Source of the DNA: Octopus vulgaris
Lineage: Eukaryota
Direction: 5' to 3'
DNA: 64,000 nucleotides
NCBI GenBank assembly: GCA_951406725.2
Contig: OX597825.1
Span: 31,558,001 to 31,622,000 of the forward strand
Every line of letters begins with the position of its first letter. The stretch's first letter is position 1. Shown one piece after another: positions 27,661 through 41,879 of this stretch. Position numbers and translations under genes: made by a program. The notes beneath the pieces are model-generated. The model was given only the letters and a program-made list of their open reading frames with translations. It was not told where the DNA came from and did not search any database.

Positions 27661-27881
27661 AATATTTACATTATTTATATTTGACAGATATTTGTCCTCA
27701 TCTTCATTGTTGTTAACTCAACGTTTCGACTGATATACTCTCCAGACTTCAAGACACCTGATGAAGGCTGGAGGGTATATCGGCCGAAACGTTGTGTTAA
27801 CAACAAACAAGATGAGGACAAATATCCGTCAAATGTAAATAATGTAAATAATGTACATAATTCTTCATCTCTTTAATATAG
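27661..27881. mobile_element. Inverted (palindromic) Penelope-like-element remnant inserted in the Dong element
   Basis: About 90-bp inverted arms and an 11-bp TSD aacagaaaaga (27650-27660 and 27882-27892). Carries a hammerhead core. Confidence 0.75.
27753..27798 (+). ncRNA. Minimal type I hammerhead ribozyme motif
   Basis: GACAC-CUGAUGA-A-GGCUG-loop-CGGCC-GAAAC-GUU-GUGUU. Stems I and II pair, and stem III is reduced to the palindrome ACGU. Confidence 0.65.
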
Positions 27882-28629
27882 AACAGAAAAGACATAGACA
27901 AAGCAAAATCCCAAGCTCATGACTCAAAGCAGAGACTGAACGGTTTTAATTGCAGCACAAGATCAAAGCCTTCCCACCAGAACTCACCAAAATGAAAACT
28001 GCAGAATATGTGGTGATGGAGAAAAAAGAATAAATCATATTGTCTCTGGCTGCCCAGTCTTGACTAAGAAGAAATATATTCTCGGGCACAACAGAGTTGG
28101 GACCTATATACAATGGAAGCTATGCCAACACTATGGAATAACAACAGAAAAAGATGGAATAGGCACAGAAAGTAAGAAAGCAATAATACTCTGGGATACA
28201 CTTTTACACTTTACTCTTTTACTTGTTTCTGTCATTTGACTGTGGCCATGCTGGAGCACCGCCTTTAGTCGAGCAAATCGACCCCAGGACTTATTCTTTG
28301 TAAGCCTAGTACTTATTCTATTGGTCTCTTTTGCCGAACCGCTAAGTTACGGGGACGTAAAATCACCAGCATCGGTTGTCAAGCGATGTTGGAGGGACAA
28401 ATCCACTTACAAGGCTTTGGTCGGCACGAAGCTATAATAGAAGACACTTGTCCATGGTGCCACGCAGTGGAACTGAACCCGGAACCATGTGGTTCGTAAG
28501 CAAGCTACTTACCACACAACCACTCCTACACAGAGAGAAATTAAGGTAAATATGCCGGATATAGTTGTCAGAGATCAGCAAGGAAACAAAATACTTTCTG
28601 ATCGATGTATCAATACCAATAGATGACAA

Positions 28630-28868
28630 AGGCGGCGAGCTGGCAGAATCGTTAGCGAGCCGAGTGAAACGCTTAGCGGAATTTCGTCTGCCGTTACGTT
28701 CTGAGTTCAAATTCCGCCGAGGTCCACTTTGCCTTTCATCCTTTCGGGGTCGATAAATTAAGTACCAGTTATGCACTGGGGTCGATGTAATCGACTTAAT
28801 CCCTTTGTCTGTCCTTGTTTGTCTCCTCTATGTTTAGCCCCTTGTGGGCAATAAAGAAATAAGAAATA
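28630..28868 (+). mobile_element. SINE family B copy inserted into the Dong RLE region
   Basis: TSD agatgacaa at 28621-28629 and 28869-28877. Confidence 0.9.
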
Positions 28869-29330
28869 AGATGACAATGTTTCTCTAAAAGAATCGGAGA
28901 ACTTTCAAAATACAAAGATCTGAAAATAGAGTGAAACAGAACACCACAACAAACCACAGCACATACCCAAGGCACACAAAGCTGCGCTCGGTAGTGCAGT
29001 GAAAGCACGTGATAAAAATAAGACTTCTGAACAATAATAATAATGGACTTTCCGGTCGAAGACGACGTATGACCGTTCAGGTTTTGCTGAACGACTTAAA
29101 CAAATGACCTGATTTGTTTATAGCGATCAAATGCTCGTGCCGCACATTAGCTCACTCTTTCCATCAAATCGACGTTGTCTGAAAAGGCGCACTGTGTACT
29201 ACACGTCAGGTGTCGATGGGATCGAAGTGTTTTGCTCAAGAATACAACGCATCACCCGATCTAGGAACTGAAAACACGATCGCTATATCGTGAGTGCAAC
29301 ACCCTAACAACACGGCCATGCGCCCTCACA

Positions 29331-29546
29331 TACTCTTTTACTTGTTTCTGTCATTTGACTGCGGCCATGCTGGAGCACCGCCTTTAGTCGAGCAAAAATC
29401 GACCCCGGGACTTATTCTTTGTAAGACCAGTACTTATTCTATCGGTCTCTTTTGCCGAACCGCTAAGTTACGGCGACGTGAACACACCACCATCGTTTGT
29501 CAAGCGATGTTGGGGGACAAAGACACACAAACATATACACACACAT

Positions 29547-29589
<43 letters not shown>

Positions 29590-29797
29590 CATACATACAT
29601 ACATACATACATACATACATACATACATACATACGACGGGCCTCTTTCAGTTTCCATCTACCAAATCCATTCACAAGGCTTTAGTCGGCCCGAGGCTATA
29701 GTAGAAGACACTTGCCCCAGGTGCCACGCAGTGGGAATGAACCCGGAACCGTGTGGTTGGTAAGCAAGCTACTTAACACACGGCTACTCCTGTGCCA
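29331..29797 (-). mobile_element. SINE family A copy
   Basis: Collinear with the other family A copies. Confidence 0.88.
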
Positions 29798-30459
29798 CAT
29801 AATAAAAATAATGTTAATAATAATAATAATAATAATATAATGATGATGATGATGATGTGTTCCTAATAAAGGTGCAAGACCAGAGGTTTAGGGTAATGGA
29901 CAATAAGAGAAGAGCATTGTCGCTGTGAATTATCTTTCCTCCCACCCGCCTTTTTGTTTACTTTTTTACTTTTCATTTTTTTCGTTTTTCTCTTTCTTCC
30001 CCTTTTTCTCTATCACATGACTTTGTAAATGAAAACTCTGGTGTGTTTATTTTAATGGCCTACCAATGTGTTTCGCTGAACAAGGTGTCAGGAAGATACT
30101 GTATGGGTCTTACGTTCCCATATGCAGCCCAAAGCTTTTTCCGATCTGCGACTCGGTGGCTTGCTCCCTACCTGGCGTGACTTCATTCCAATTGTACAGT
30201 ATGTTACCGTACAACGTCACGCGTTTTCCAGCACGTCAGGTGAAGATGTAAGGCTGATTCTATGACCCCTTTTTGTTATTGTTTTTTTAACATTTGTTTG
30301 GCCTCTCTTAATTCGCTTTCACTTATTTGTATTTCCTTGCATTTTCGGTTGCAATCGCAAAGGAAGCAGGTGATTCGGGAAGATCATTCTGTGTTGTATT
30401 GGGAAGGTTCACACAGAGGCCTCCATTTATTTTGTTGCTGCAGCTATTGTTGTTATTGA

Positions 30460-30491
<32 letters not shown>

Positions 30492-30529
30492 TTACTGCTG
30501 CTGCTGTTGTTATTGTTGTTGTTGTTAAG

Positions 30530-31045
30530 CAACAAGACGGGTGAGGGTGATTTCACTGCGTCCGTTCTGTGGGTTGGGAGACGTCTGGCAGGTCGGGAGC
30601 GGAAGTCCACTTTTTCCAGATCCGAAGGACAAGGAGAGGGTCACTGGCCAGAGCGTCTGGGGTGGGGTTGGCATTTGCGGCGGGCGATGGACCCGTGGAC
30701 AGTCGTAGATGACATGCTCCGCCGTCTCCTCTCCCACTCCGCACTTTCAGCAGGTTCTGTCTATGGCTCGGTCGATCTTGTACAGCCAGTGCTTGAGGTC
30801 CGGGTGATGACCACTTCTAAGTATGCTGAGTATTACCTGCTGCTGCCTGGTTAGAGACGAATCGGCGGTTCTGCTCACTTTATCTCCATGGTCACCGTAG
30901 ATCCTCTTGACTCTTTCGTGTTGGAAGGGAGGTGGTTTAAGTGCCCGGTGCATCGCTGCTTTCGCTGCGTCGTAGTGGTTGTGGGCTGTTGACGGGTCTC
31001 CTTCCGTGCCGGCTTTTGCCTTCTCGTCTGCCAACGACCAATGCT
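30530..31045 (-). mobile_element. RNase H-bearing (I/Nimb/Ingi-like) LINE 3' end with (CAA)n tail
   Basis: LADEKAK (end of RNase H), LSILRSGH and C..CG.GEETAEHVIYDC. GC-richer than its surroundings. Confidence 0.75.
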
Positions 31046-31821
31046 GCTGTTGTTGTTGCTGGTGGCAGTGTTTTTGCTGGTATTGTTGCTTTTTATTGTC
31101 ATTGTTTTTTTTTTATTCTTGCGATGGTGAAGATGACGTTGAAAGCAACGAAAAATACTTTCATACTTTTTACGTGCTTGATGGTGTTACTATTGTTGAT
31201 GTTACTGTTGCTGCTGCTGTCACTGACTTTTGCCAAGTGGTTGTTCTTTTTAGCGGACGAACAATCTTTGTCCGCCATCTTATTTTTTTCAGCAAAAGCT
31301 GAGGAGTGTATTAGGCTAAACAAACCCCAAATTCATCTCCTAGAGGCTACAAGTGGAGAAAAACTAATCAGTTCTCTAAGGTCCTGGTTAGTTTATCTAT
31401 ATAGTGATAACAAAAGTACAACGTATAACAATTTGTAACAATATAAATAACAACAAACTTACGGAGCGATGTGCAACACGCGTCGATGTACGAACAACAA
31501 CAATAATAATGATTTCATTTATTTGCTACAAGGGCGAAGATGAGGGTAACAATACAAATACAGACATAAAGTGTTGGGGTTTACAAATAATGAAATGATA
31601 TACATGGTATACAATGAAAACGAAGGTATATATGCATAGCATACAACGGTTAAGAAAAAAGATGGCGGAGATGATGATAGAGACGTAGTAATAATCCTTT
31701 CTATTATAGGCACAAGGCCTGAAATTAGGGGAAGGAACTAGTCGATTATATCGACCCTGGTATTCAACTGGTATTTAATTTATCGACCCCGAAAATATGA
31801 AAGGCAAAGTCGACCTCGGCG

Positions 31822-31906
<85 letters not shown>

Positions 31907-33599
31907 TATTTACTAAATACGGTCTTTTGCATGACCGCATTGAGAGAAATGGTAGCGTTCTTCGAATAAAAAGGAGGAGGATGTTTACATTTTCGAATAC
32001 ACAGGGAGAAAGGAAAGGATACGTTTTCCCACAGTAGTTGTAGATATTAAGGTGTTTTTTATTGTTGTTTTTTAAGCTGGTTGTTTGTGTGTTCGAAATC
32101 TGTAGGTGTGTAAGTTTCCTAACTTATTTTATTTTGAGGGAAATTTAAAATATACACAGGAAATCGTAGATATTCCAGTTTTTTTGGAATTGTAGGAGGA
32201 AAAGATATTCACTTTGTTGGAATTTTGAATTTCTGAATTTCTTTTTCTTTTTCTTTTGGAATTTGTCTTATCTTTTTAAAAGTTTTGCTGTGGTTATATA
32301 GTTTTTGTAATTATGCAGAGTGTATATTTTAGCAGGTGCTTACTTCCTTAATTTTCTATCGTGCATTTAATTGTGTTGTTACAATAAAAGACATGTTTAC
32401 ATATTCTGTTAATCAGGGAAGAAGGGAAGACAAAGTGTTCACACAAAATTGAAGATATTAAAGTTTCTAAATTTTTTGAGGTGTTCGTTGGTATGTCCAC
32501 AGAAAACTGCGTTTTTTTTAATTTTTAAATAAAAAGGATGTTTACATTTTCGAATATTCAGGGGAAAAGGAACGGAAAGAAAAGGAAGGTAAAAATTTTT
32601 CACAGAAAATTGTAGTTTTAAAAATTTACTGGAGATGATCTTTTATCTGTCCGAACAGAGAAAACTGTAGTGTTCTTGGAGTAAAGAGGGTGTTTACAAC
32701 TTGTTTTCTTTTCTTTTTGACTCTCCTTGAGTATTTGAAAATGTAAACATTCTTTTCATTGCAAAAGTCCTACTGTATTCTCCAACTGGACAGACAAACG
32801 AACATCTCAAGAGAACTTTAAAACTTTAACATAGTACCCAAATACGTAAACACACATTTTATTGCAACAACACAATTGAATTCAGAAATTCAAAAGTTCA
32901 ACTACGTGAATATCAGTATACATGTGTGTGTATATATGTGTGGGGGGATGTGCGTGTGCATGTGTGCATGTATATATATATATATATATTATTATTATTG
33001 TTTTTCTACCAATAATTACAGATAGAACAGGTTGAATTGCTTCTTTTCAAGGCAGCGCTCTCAGTGGTCAGTGGCCACTGGTAATAGTAAACACGTTTGA
33101 CTTCTGCTGACCCTAGGGGTGCGAAGATTCTGTTGTCTCTATGGTTGACCTCCCCACCATCTGCCGAATCTATTTATAGACCTATAGAATATGATCTGCT
33201 CACCAAACTGCTACCCAACTATTTCCTCCAACAATGGTAGTGGTGATGATGGTGATAATGATAAAAATAATAATAATATGCTGCAACTGCTAATACTAAA
33301 TACTACTAACAATACAATAATACTACAACTACTACTATTATATCACAGGAATCTGAGGCTCAACTACCACCCTTACCACAACCCCCACCCCTGCTACTGT
33401 TGCTGTTGCTGCAACCACTGCTGCTACTACACATAAAAACAATAATATCAGTGATATCAGTGATGATGATAATAATAATGAAAGGAAATGGGTAGAGCCT
33501 CCGCTTCCTCATAGGCTGATTAATGATACATCTAGTGATGGTGTCACAATAAAAACACTGGTAATTGGGCAACCTGATAATCGCTATCTCATATGAGTG

Positions 33600-34140
33600 A
33601 CAATAAAAAAACAAAATATTGTGATTAACGGTGGTAATGAAACTGAAGCCAATGATGGTGTCAGTGTTGTACTCGGCAGGCTCAGAGATTCTGGTCCAGC
33701 TCCAGCCTGTCGATATCCAGAAAGGGACCACCACACATGGTGTAGATGGAGCAAGCAAATTAATGCTGTGGTCATGGAGTGTTACTACCTGAGCAGCCCG
33801 GTAGATGAAAATGGTGCTCATATTAGGAGTTACCGACAACGTATGTATGATCATTGGAGAGAAAAGGGATTGTTTCAACTCATGGAACAGAGACTATGTG
33901 ATCCAGCTAGAGCAATAAGGAAAAATTCTTGGTTCACAGAAGTATAGCTCGATGCTATCAAAAGAGGGGTCATGGAAAATAGCAGCAGAGATAACAATGA
34001 AAATACAGTTCTTACTAATAAGAGTAATCTCATGGCGCAGGAAAGAAGTAGTGGTAGTTTACTTGATGAGAGACATATAGATGACCTAAAAGAAGACAAT
34101 AAAACTAATGGTGACACGGCAGATGAACAAAAGGCAATTG
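33600..34140 (+). mobile_element. R4/Dong-type LINE N-terminal fragment
   Basis: RWSKQINAVVMECYY...YRQRMYDHW..LF...EQRLCD.ARAIRKN.WF, the typical N-terminus of these elements. Confidence 0.75.
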
Positions 34141-34668
34141 ATTAGTCCCCTCCCCGCAAATTTCAGGCTTTGGGCCTTCAGTAGAAACGATAATTATTAT
34201 TATTAATATTTGAAAAATTATTCTCGTTTTTTCTTTTTTCTTTATTTTCTTTATCTTCAGATCATCTCCTTCAAGCATTCATACGTCGAAATCGACGAGA
34301 GCGACCATCATTTGAATATATTCTGATTTATATAACCATCTGGATTACTTTCAAATTGATAACGATCCATTCATAGATACGTGATACAATGGAAATAACC
34401 AATGATCATGTGATTTTTATTTTTTTAATTTTGCAAATCTAGCTTTCGTAAAAGTTGAGTTGAATATATTTGTTTAAATGTTTTCATTTATATTTTTTCC
34501 CTTTTTTTTACCTTACTTTCTTCAATATCCAAATATTCTCAATAAAAAGAGTTGAACGGACAAAAATAAATAGTTACTGTTTTTCTTATATCGTACATTT
34601 TTTCCTGTTTATTACTATATAAAAATTATTAAAACCGAAAGACTTATTTGTTGTTGTTGTTGTTGTTG

Positions 34669-35167
34669 AGTGAGAGAGTAGTGCATGACATCAAAGTGAC
34701 ACGGGATAAAATATACGAAGCCCAGTATACCCATCATGACGACCCGTCTGATATGGGTACACCAGGCACATGCATCACAATCATATGTGCGCGACGTGGT
34801 GACCTCATATCAAGATAAACAGTGCATGATCTTGCAAGTAAGGCCCAGTTAGAATTTTCTTCAGTCGCCCGTCCCACTCAAAAGGTCCCTGAATAAGGGT
34901 TGTTTTAGGATGCTGAACGAAACACCCATATTTCCAAAGGTGAATTATCCAAGCTCCAAAGAATTCCTCAACACATGGCTATGATGCTCCCCCACTAATG
35001 TTGCTCGTGATCAGAGATGCACATATCGTCAGCCAAATCTGTGATATCGAGCAGAATATTTGCTGTAGCCCATCTTTTATACCAAGACAAAACAATGTAT
35101 ATGATAGCACTTCCAATCGGTTAAGATCAAAAGCCATGAGAGCCAGTGCCTGGTACTGCATCAGGGC

Positions 35168-35168
<1 letters not shown>
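34669..35168. mobile_element. About 550-bp dispersed repeat, copy 2 (internal deletion)
   Basis: Collinear with 8961-9512; flanked by (GTT)n and (ATT)n. Confidence 0.85.
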
Positions 35169-35230
<62 letters not shown>

Positions 35231-35243
35231 CATTATTATTATT

Positions 35244-35287
<44 letters not shown>

Positions 35288-35329
35288 TATTATTATTATT
35301 ATATGAAACCTTACAGCTTATTTTGCTGG

Positions 35330-36705
35330 GTAAGATGGAAAGTGTCAGCTGTCCACAGCCAGCAGACTAAGGTGACGCTTGTTTACTAGTCATGGTTCAA
35401 GAACCCTGTGAAGAATTCTTGCACTTCCGAGCAATGCTGATTTTTGTAGGTGTTCTACCTTCCCACTTGCACTGATCTTTTTCAGCCATGTTGGTAGTTG
35501 AGTGCTTATACTTCCAAGTGCACCAATTACTATTGGTATCCCGTCTACTCTCCTCATTGACCACAAAACTTCGTATTTCCCACTTCAAATCGTTGTAGCT
35601 GTTTATTTTTTCTTCTTTCACATTGATCCTGTTGTCACCGAAGCATGCTATGTCGATTATCATACATGTTCTTTCTTTTTATTCACCACAACTATGTCCA
35701 CCGGATTTTGCAATTCTCATTTTCGGTGACTCCATACCACAGGATTTTGCAATTCTCCTTTTCGATGACTCCATCTGGAATTTTCTCATACCACGTCTTT
35801 GCTCTTTGTAGGCCGTGGTTTGCACAGAGTCTCTAATGGATCATTCTTGCCCCATTGTTATGGTGTCTTTTGTATTCCCGTTGTGCCAATTTCGGGCATT
35901 CGCTAACGATGTGTCAAACCGTTTCGCGCCTTTCACCAAACATTCTGCATTTGTTGTTTATTCTGCACTTCATATAGTTGGTCCCTAACGCTTGTTCCTG
36001 AACTGCGCATAGCAGTGCTTCTGTCTCTATATTCACGTCACTCCTCCGCATCCATAGCCACCGGTCGTCTGTATCTGTCTTGGCGTTCACACCTCTTGAA
36101 AACTGACCAATGCTTTTTCTCTTTTTTTATTCATTTCTTGTTTAAATTTTTCTTTAGTTATACAATTTTCAATGTTGATGACGCCGGCCTTCTTCATGTG
36201 TTTCATCAGTGGCTCCACGGCATTTTTTATATACCACCCTAAGCTGTTTCCTCTGCTTTGATACAATCCTAGTAACTGATTAAACCTCTCCCACCCTTTC
36301 TTCTGGACAAGTACAGCCTATCGGTGTCACTCTTAGGGTGGAAGGCTCCGTGTAATGTCAATGTTCTTCTGGTCTTGGCATCCATTTATTTCACTTCTTT
36401 TGCCATTTTATAAATCCCGAAGTGATGCTATCGCCCACTTATTAACTACTTGGATTTTATTCCATCCAATTTTAAGCGCAGCACAAACCTCAGTCTTTGG
36501 AAATACTCCATCCTCTGTTGGTCTTTCATTTCCTTTTCCATTATCTCGTTGAACTCAAGTACACCAAGGTATTTGTATCCTTCCGTTTTAATTTCCTTAA
36601 CCAGGTTTCTGTTCGGTAATTCTATCCCTGCTATGGACTGTACCTTGCTCCTTTTTAGATAGACTATTCCGCACTTCATGAGTCCAAATTCCATTCTAAT
36701 ATCAG
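35330..36705 (-). mobile_element. R4/Dong-type LINE 3' half (RT thumb to RLE), flanked by (ATT/ATC)n
   Basis: DIRMEFGLMKC, YKYLGVLE, FHPKSDTDRLYLSR, CAVQEQALGT, HIVSEC and IIDIACFGD. Confidence 0.85.
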
Positions 36706-36722
36706 TAATCATCATCATCATC

Positions 36723-36791
<69 letters not shown>

Positions 36792-38984
36792 TTATTTCTG
36801 AGTTCAAATTCCGCCGAGGTCAACTTTACCTTTCTTCCTTTCGGGGTTGATAAATTAAGTACCGGTTGAATGCTGAGGTCAATATAATCGACTCATCTCC
36901 TCACCCAATATTGCTGCCCTTGTGGCAAAATTTGAAATCATCATCATAGAAAGGGCGGTTAGCTGGCAGAACTGTTAGCGCATCGGACAAAACACCTAGT
37001 GTTATTTCCTTCGACTCTTTACATTCTGAGTTCAAATTCCGCCAAAACTTAACCTTGATTTTCATTTTTACGGGGTCGATAAAAGAAAGTACCACTTGAT
37101 GGTATCGACTTTCCCTTAAAATGCTGGCCTTGTGCCAAAATTTGAAACATTATTATTTCTTTCTTTCTCCAATTTTGATCCCATTTCTTACCTTATTAGT
37201 GCGTTGGATAAAATTCTTACAGGCATTTCTTCTAACTCTTTACATGTTCTGAGTGCAAATCCTACCCAGATCAACTTTGCCTTTTACCTTTTACGGAGCC
37301 TGTAAATTAAAGCACTTATTGAGTACTGGAATTGGTGCAGTCGACTAACGCCCACCACCACCGAAACAAAATTGCTGGCCTTGAGGATGGGCCTACTCTG
37401 AACATTTGCCTATTGGCCGGAATGGTTAGGGGGAAGAGGGGTGCTTACCTGAAGTTCTCTTGATGGCCAGGGTGGCCAGGATGTGTGGGGTGCCTTGGTT
37501 GGCCCTGAGTGGAACTTCCCACCCCACCCTATTGGGGGATTTTTGTTGTTAGAATTTTCTTAATTGTTATTGTTATTCATTGTATACTTATCATTGTTCA
37601 ACACCCCCACTTGTCGTCCCTTGTATTGAATTATCTCTATTTGTTTTGTGTTCGGCCCTTGTGGTCAATAAAGAAATCATTATTATTGTTGTTGTTGTTG
37701 TTAAGGCATCGAGGTGACAGAATCGTTAGTACACCAGACAAAATGCTTAACAACGTTTGTTCCGGTTTTACATCCCTAAATTCAAATGCCACTGAGGTCG
37801 ACTTTTTTGGTGGGGTGGGATCGATGTATTTGACTTACCCACTCCACTAAAAATTGCTGACCTATTTCTACAATTTGATTAACAAATTAACAACATCCTT
37901 TTTTCGAATATTTTCAAAATCATTTCACATATTGATATTGAAATGCCCATAACTGAGCATTTTTACTCCCTAACCACGATGCCTGGCCTATTTGCTTTAT
38001 CTGTCAGTAAATTTGTACAAGCATAGACTCCTTATTAATCAAACTCTATTATGACCAGGCACTTTTGTATGCACTTGCACCATCTGTTGGTCTATACTAG
38101 ATTTATAAAACTCATAAACGTTCTCTTAACGTTTATATAACTGTAAATGCTATTTAACTTTTAATAATTATTGGTTAAATTTACCGACCAGAAATAATTA
38201 CAGCCTCTAGTTAATGTTAGTTCCTTTTTTCATGACAGTCTTTGGTAGGCTTTTTTTTTTCTCTCTTTATCTTTTTCTGCAGAGAAGCTAAATCAAAAGG
38301 TCTTGTATTTCTTTAATTGATCTCAGAAATATCCTAATGACCATACACTTTTTGTTGTGGTGATATGAATGCTTACAGAACAAGTTCCTGTGTTTTAAAA
38401 TGTCAATGTTTGGCTGATTAATATTAAAACATGTTGTATAGAAATGAGGGCTTTATCTTTTCTAAACCTTGATAATAATCCATATCATTCTAAGAGGGCA
38501 AATAAATTCTATCCAAAGTTGTTCTCATTGAATATATTGTCATTTATTCCATCAGGTGCAAAAAATTATGTTTATCAAAAATATTTGCAGCTACACATGA
38601 TTGGCATTTGGTTAAATATCATCTGGTTCCATATTGCTTCTCCTATTGTTGAATCATGTTTTTGCTGAAATCTTTCAGTATTTAAAATTAAGCAAATAGG
38701 AAAAGCATGAACATCTCACTTCCTCTCTTCTTAGCTATAACATAAAGTGTCCAAAACAATATTAAGAATCCTAGAAAAGGCATTCCTACCAATGCTGATA
38801 GGAATAATGCTTGAGCCTGTGCTGATGCATATATCTCTTGGAGTCCTGTACGAAGACTTATTATTCCTGTTCCTAATTCAGACAATTAACTAAACTAAGG
38901 CAATAAAAAAAAATGATACAAAAAAAACAATAGCTACTAATGATATTCGTAGGTGCTCTAATAGAATCTATAGTGTGTTACATG

Positions 38985-39385
<401 letters not shown>

Positions 39386-39833
39386 GAAGTGATTTTGTTT
39401 AATTAGCAAATTAGCAACCAATGTGTGGCAGAAGATTAGATTTTCTGCCATCTGAGGCTGTAATTTAAAGAATTATCACCTGATTTAGGATTGCTTTTCT
39501 CACCGGCAATGTAATTTTTCGTCGAAGTCTTTTATCACTTGAAATTGTGGAAATTTAGCCAATAGAAATTATCGGTTCCAGTTCCTCTTTGTCAATTCAT
39601 GATATGGCGAAGAAGAAGTGATTAACAGTCATCACTTCATGCAGGCATTTTCTTTTTCGATTTAATTATTGAGAAAATGTCATTTACAATGCTTCGCTGA
39701 CAGTCTATTTATACAAAACTTACAAGTAGTTAATGTCAACGACTTTCAAAAATTACATTACACAAGCGAAGTGTATACAAATGTTGAAATTAAAATTAGA
39801 CTAACACTGCAATAAGATTATTATAGTTGTTGT

Positions 39834-39866
<33 letters not shown>

Positions 39867-40389
39867 TATTATCATTATTATTAAGGCAGAGTCATTAGCA
39901 TGCTGGACAAAATTCTTAGCGTTATTTTTGCCTGTCGCTACATTCTGAGTTCAAATTCCACTGAGATCAACTTTGCCTTTCATCCTTTTGGGGGGTCAAT
40001 AAATTAAGTACCAGTGAAATTCTAGGGTCAATGAAATCAACTTATCCTGTCCCACAATAAATTGTTGCCTTTCTGGCAAAATTTGAAACCAAAGGCGATG
40101 AGCTGGTAGAATCGTAAGCATGCCGGATGAAATTCTTAGCAGTATCTCATCTGTTGCTAAATTCTGAGTTCCAATCCTGCCAAAGTTGACTTTGCCTTTC
40201 AATCCTTTGGGGTCGATAAATTAAGTACTAGTTGAACACTGGGGCTGCATGTTTCAAGTTGCACAGATTTCAGATAACTTTATTGACTAGAAATGGTTTA
40301 ATGAAATCCTTTCTGAGCAACATTAAATAGTGATTTCATTTTTTTTTATCAAATAACAATATTCTTGTTATATAACTCCTAGGTTTGGA

Positions 40390-41040
40390 AAAAAGGCATG
40401 TTGCATTTTTTTATGTGATTTCTTTGAGGGAACTTATTCAATACTTACAAAGTTGAGGAAAATCCAAAGCAAACTGCACAAGAATTACCAAAACAGTTCT
40501 ATTCAAGATACATTTTGAATCATAAAACACTTTTATGAAAAAAGTAAAAGTGTCTAAACTTGGTCAGTGGTTCCCTCATCAGCTGACTGCTTCTCAGTTT
40601 AATCAAAGAATTGCTCTCCTCTGCTTTTCACTGAAGAGTAGACTTGCTACCAAACTTTTTCTATGGAGAATCATTACATCCTATAAAAATGACAATAGTC
40701 AGTAGCCAATGGAAAAGGAGAATCCATCTCCAAACCAGGGCTGCACTCGAAAAAAGGTAAATTCTGTTTTTGGTGAAAATGGTTGCCAGTTGGAGGCACA
40801 AAAATTGGGAAAGAAGGGGTGAAGCCTCAACCGATAATGCAAGACCACATATTGTTCAAGTCACTCAGGAAAAGATTAGGGCACTAAATATGGATGTTCT
40901 GTCTCATCCTCCTTATCTTCTGACTTAGCTTCATCTATCATCTTTTCAGTTCATTGCAACCCCATTATTTAATGGGAACACAGTTGATTAATTGTGGAAC
41001 GATTAAAAATGATAATGGAATGTTTCTAAGATTCGAAACC
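40390..41040 (+). mobile_element. Highly decayed mariner transposase remnant
   Basis: Residual KVSKLGQWFPHQLT, DNARPH and DVLSHPPY motifs across frameshifts. No clear TIRs; boundaries approximate. Confidence 0.75.
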
Positions 41041-41097
41041 TTTACATTAAGAATGAGAAATATCTTGTCCTCAGGAGAAATTTAAAATTGCTCCTCC

Positions 41098-41488
41098 CTT
41101 TACTCTTTATTTGTTTCAGTCATTTGACTGTGGCCATACTGGAGCACTGCCTTTAATCGAGCAAATCAACCCCAGGATTTATTCTTTGTAGGCCTAGTAC
41201 TTATTCTATCAGTCTCTTTTGCGGAACTGTTAAGTTACAGGGATGTAAATACACCAGCATCGGTTATCAAGCAATGTTGGGGGGACAAACACTGACACAC
41301 AAGCATATACACACACATACATATATATATACATATATACGATAGGCTTCTTTCAGTTTCCGTCTACCAAATCCACTCACAAGGCTTTAGTCGGCCCGAG
41401 GCTATTGTAGAAGGCACCTGCCCAAGGACTGAACCTGGAACCATGTGGTTTGTAAGCAAGCTACTTACCACACAGCCACTCCTATGCT
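41098..41488 (-). mobile_element. SINE family A copy
   Basis: Collinear with the other family A copies. Confidence 0.88.
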
Positions 41489-41821
41489 TATCGAAAAAAT
41501 CTCATATAAAAAATGAAATAGCTTAATCCATCAGACCAAAACAGCTGAACTCTAAATAGCTACTACTAATGAAAATGCTGATTTCAAATTTTGGCTCAAA
41601 ACCAACAATTTAGAGGGGAGAGGTGAGTCGATTAAATCAACCCCAGTATTCAACAGGTACATATTTTATCGACCCTGAAACAATGAAAGGCAAAGTTGAC
41701 CTTAGAAGAATATTTGAACTTGTAATGTAATGAGTCTGAAGAAATATTGCCAGGCATCTTACTTACCCATTGCTCTAACAATTCTGCCAGTACACCACCT
41801 TACTACTACTACTACTACTAC

Positions 41822-41863
<42 letters not shown>

Positions 41864-41879
41864 TAATAATATATAATAA

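Larger units (their letters stand above)
26200..29043 (+). mobile_element. Decayed R4/Dong-clade non-LTR retrotransposon (RT, CCHC and restriction-like endonuclease, 3' UTR, TAA tail) interrupted by three insertions
   Basis: NYRPITC, EQKGCCKGSYGCKDQLL, MAWIDYRKVFDSIPH, LYMDDLK, YKYLGI, CRICG..HIVSGC, PDIV..D and IDVSIP. Ends in a 3' UTR shared with 9535-9700, then (taa)n. Confidence 0.9.

Noticed and set aside
38444-38668. piggyBac-like FIPS..K.Y motif
   Set aside because: Too short and not supported by other transposase motifs.
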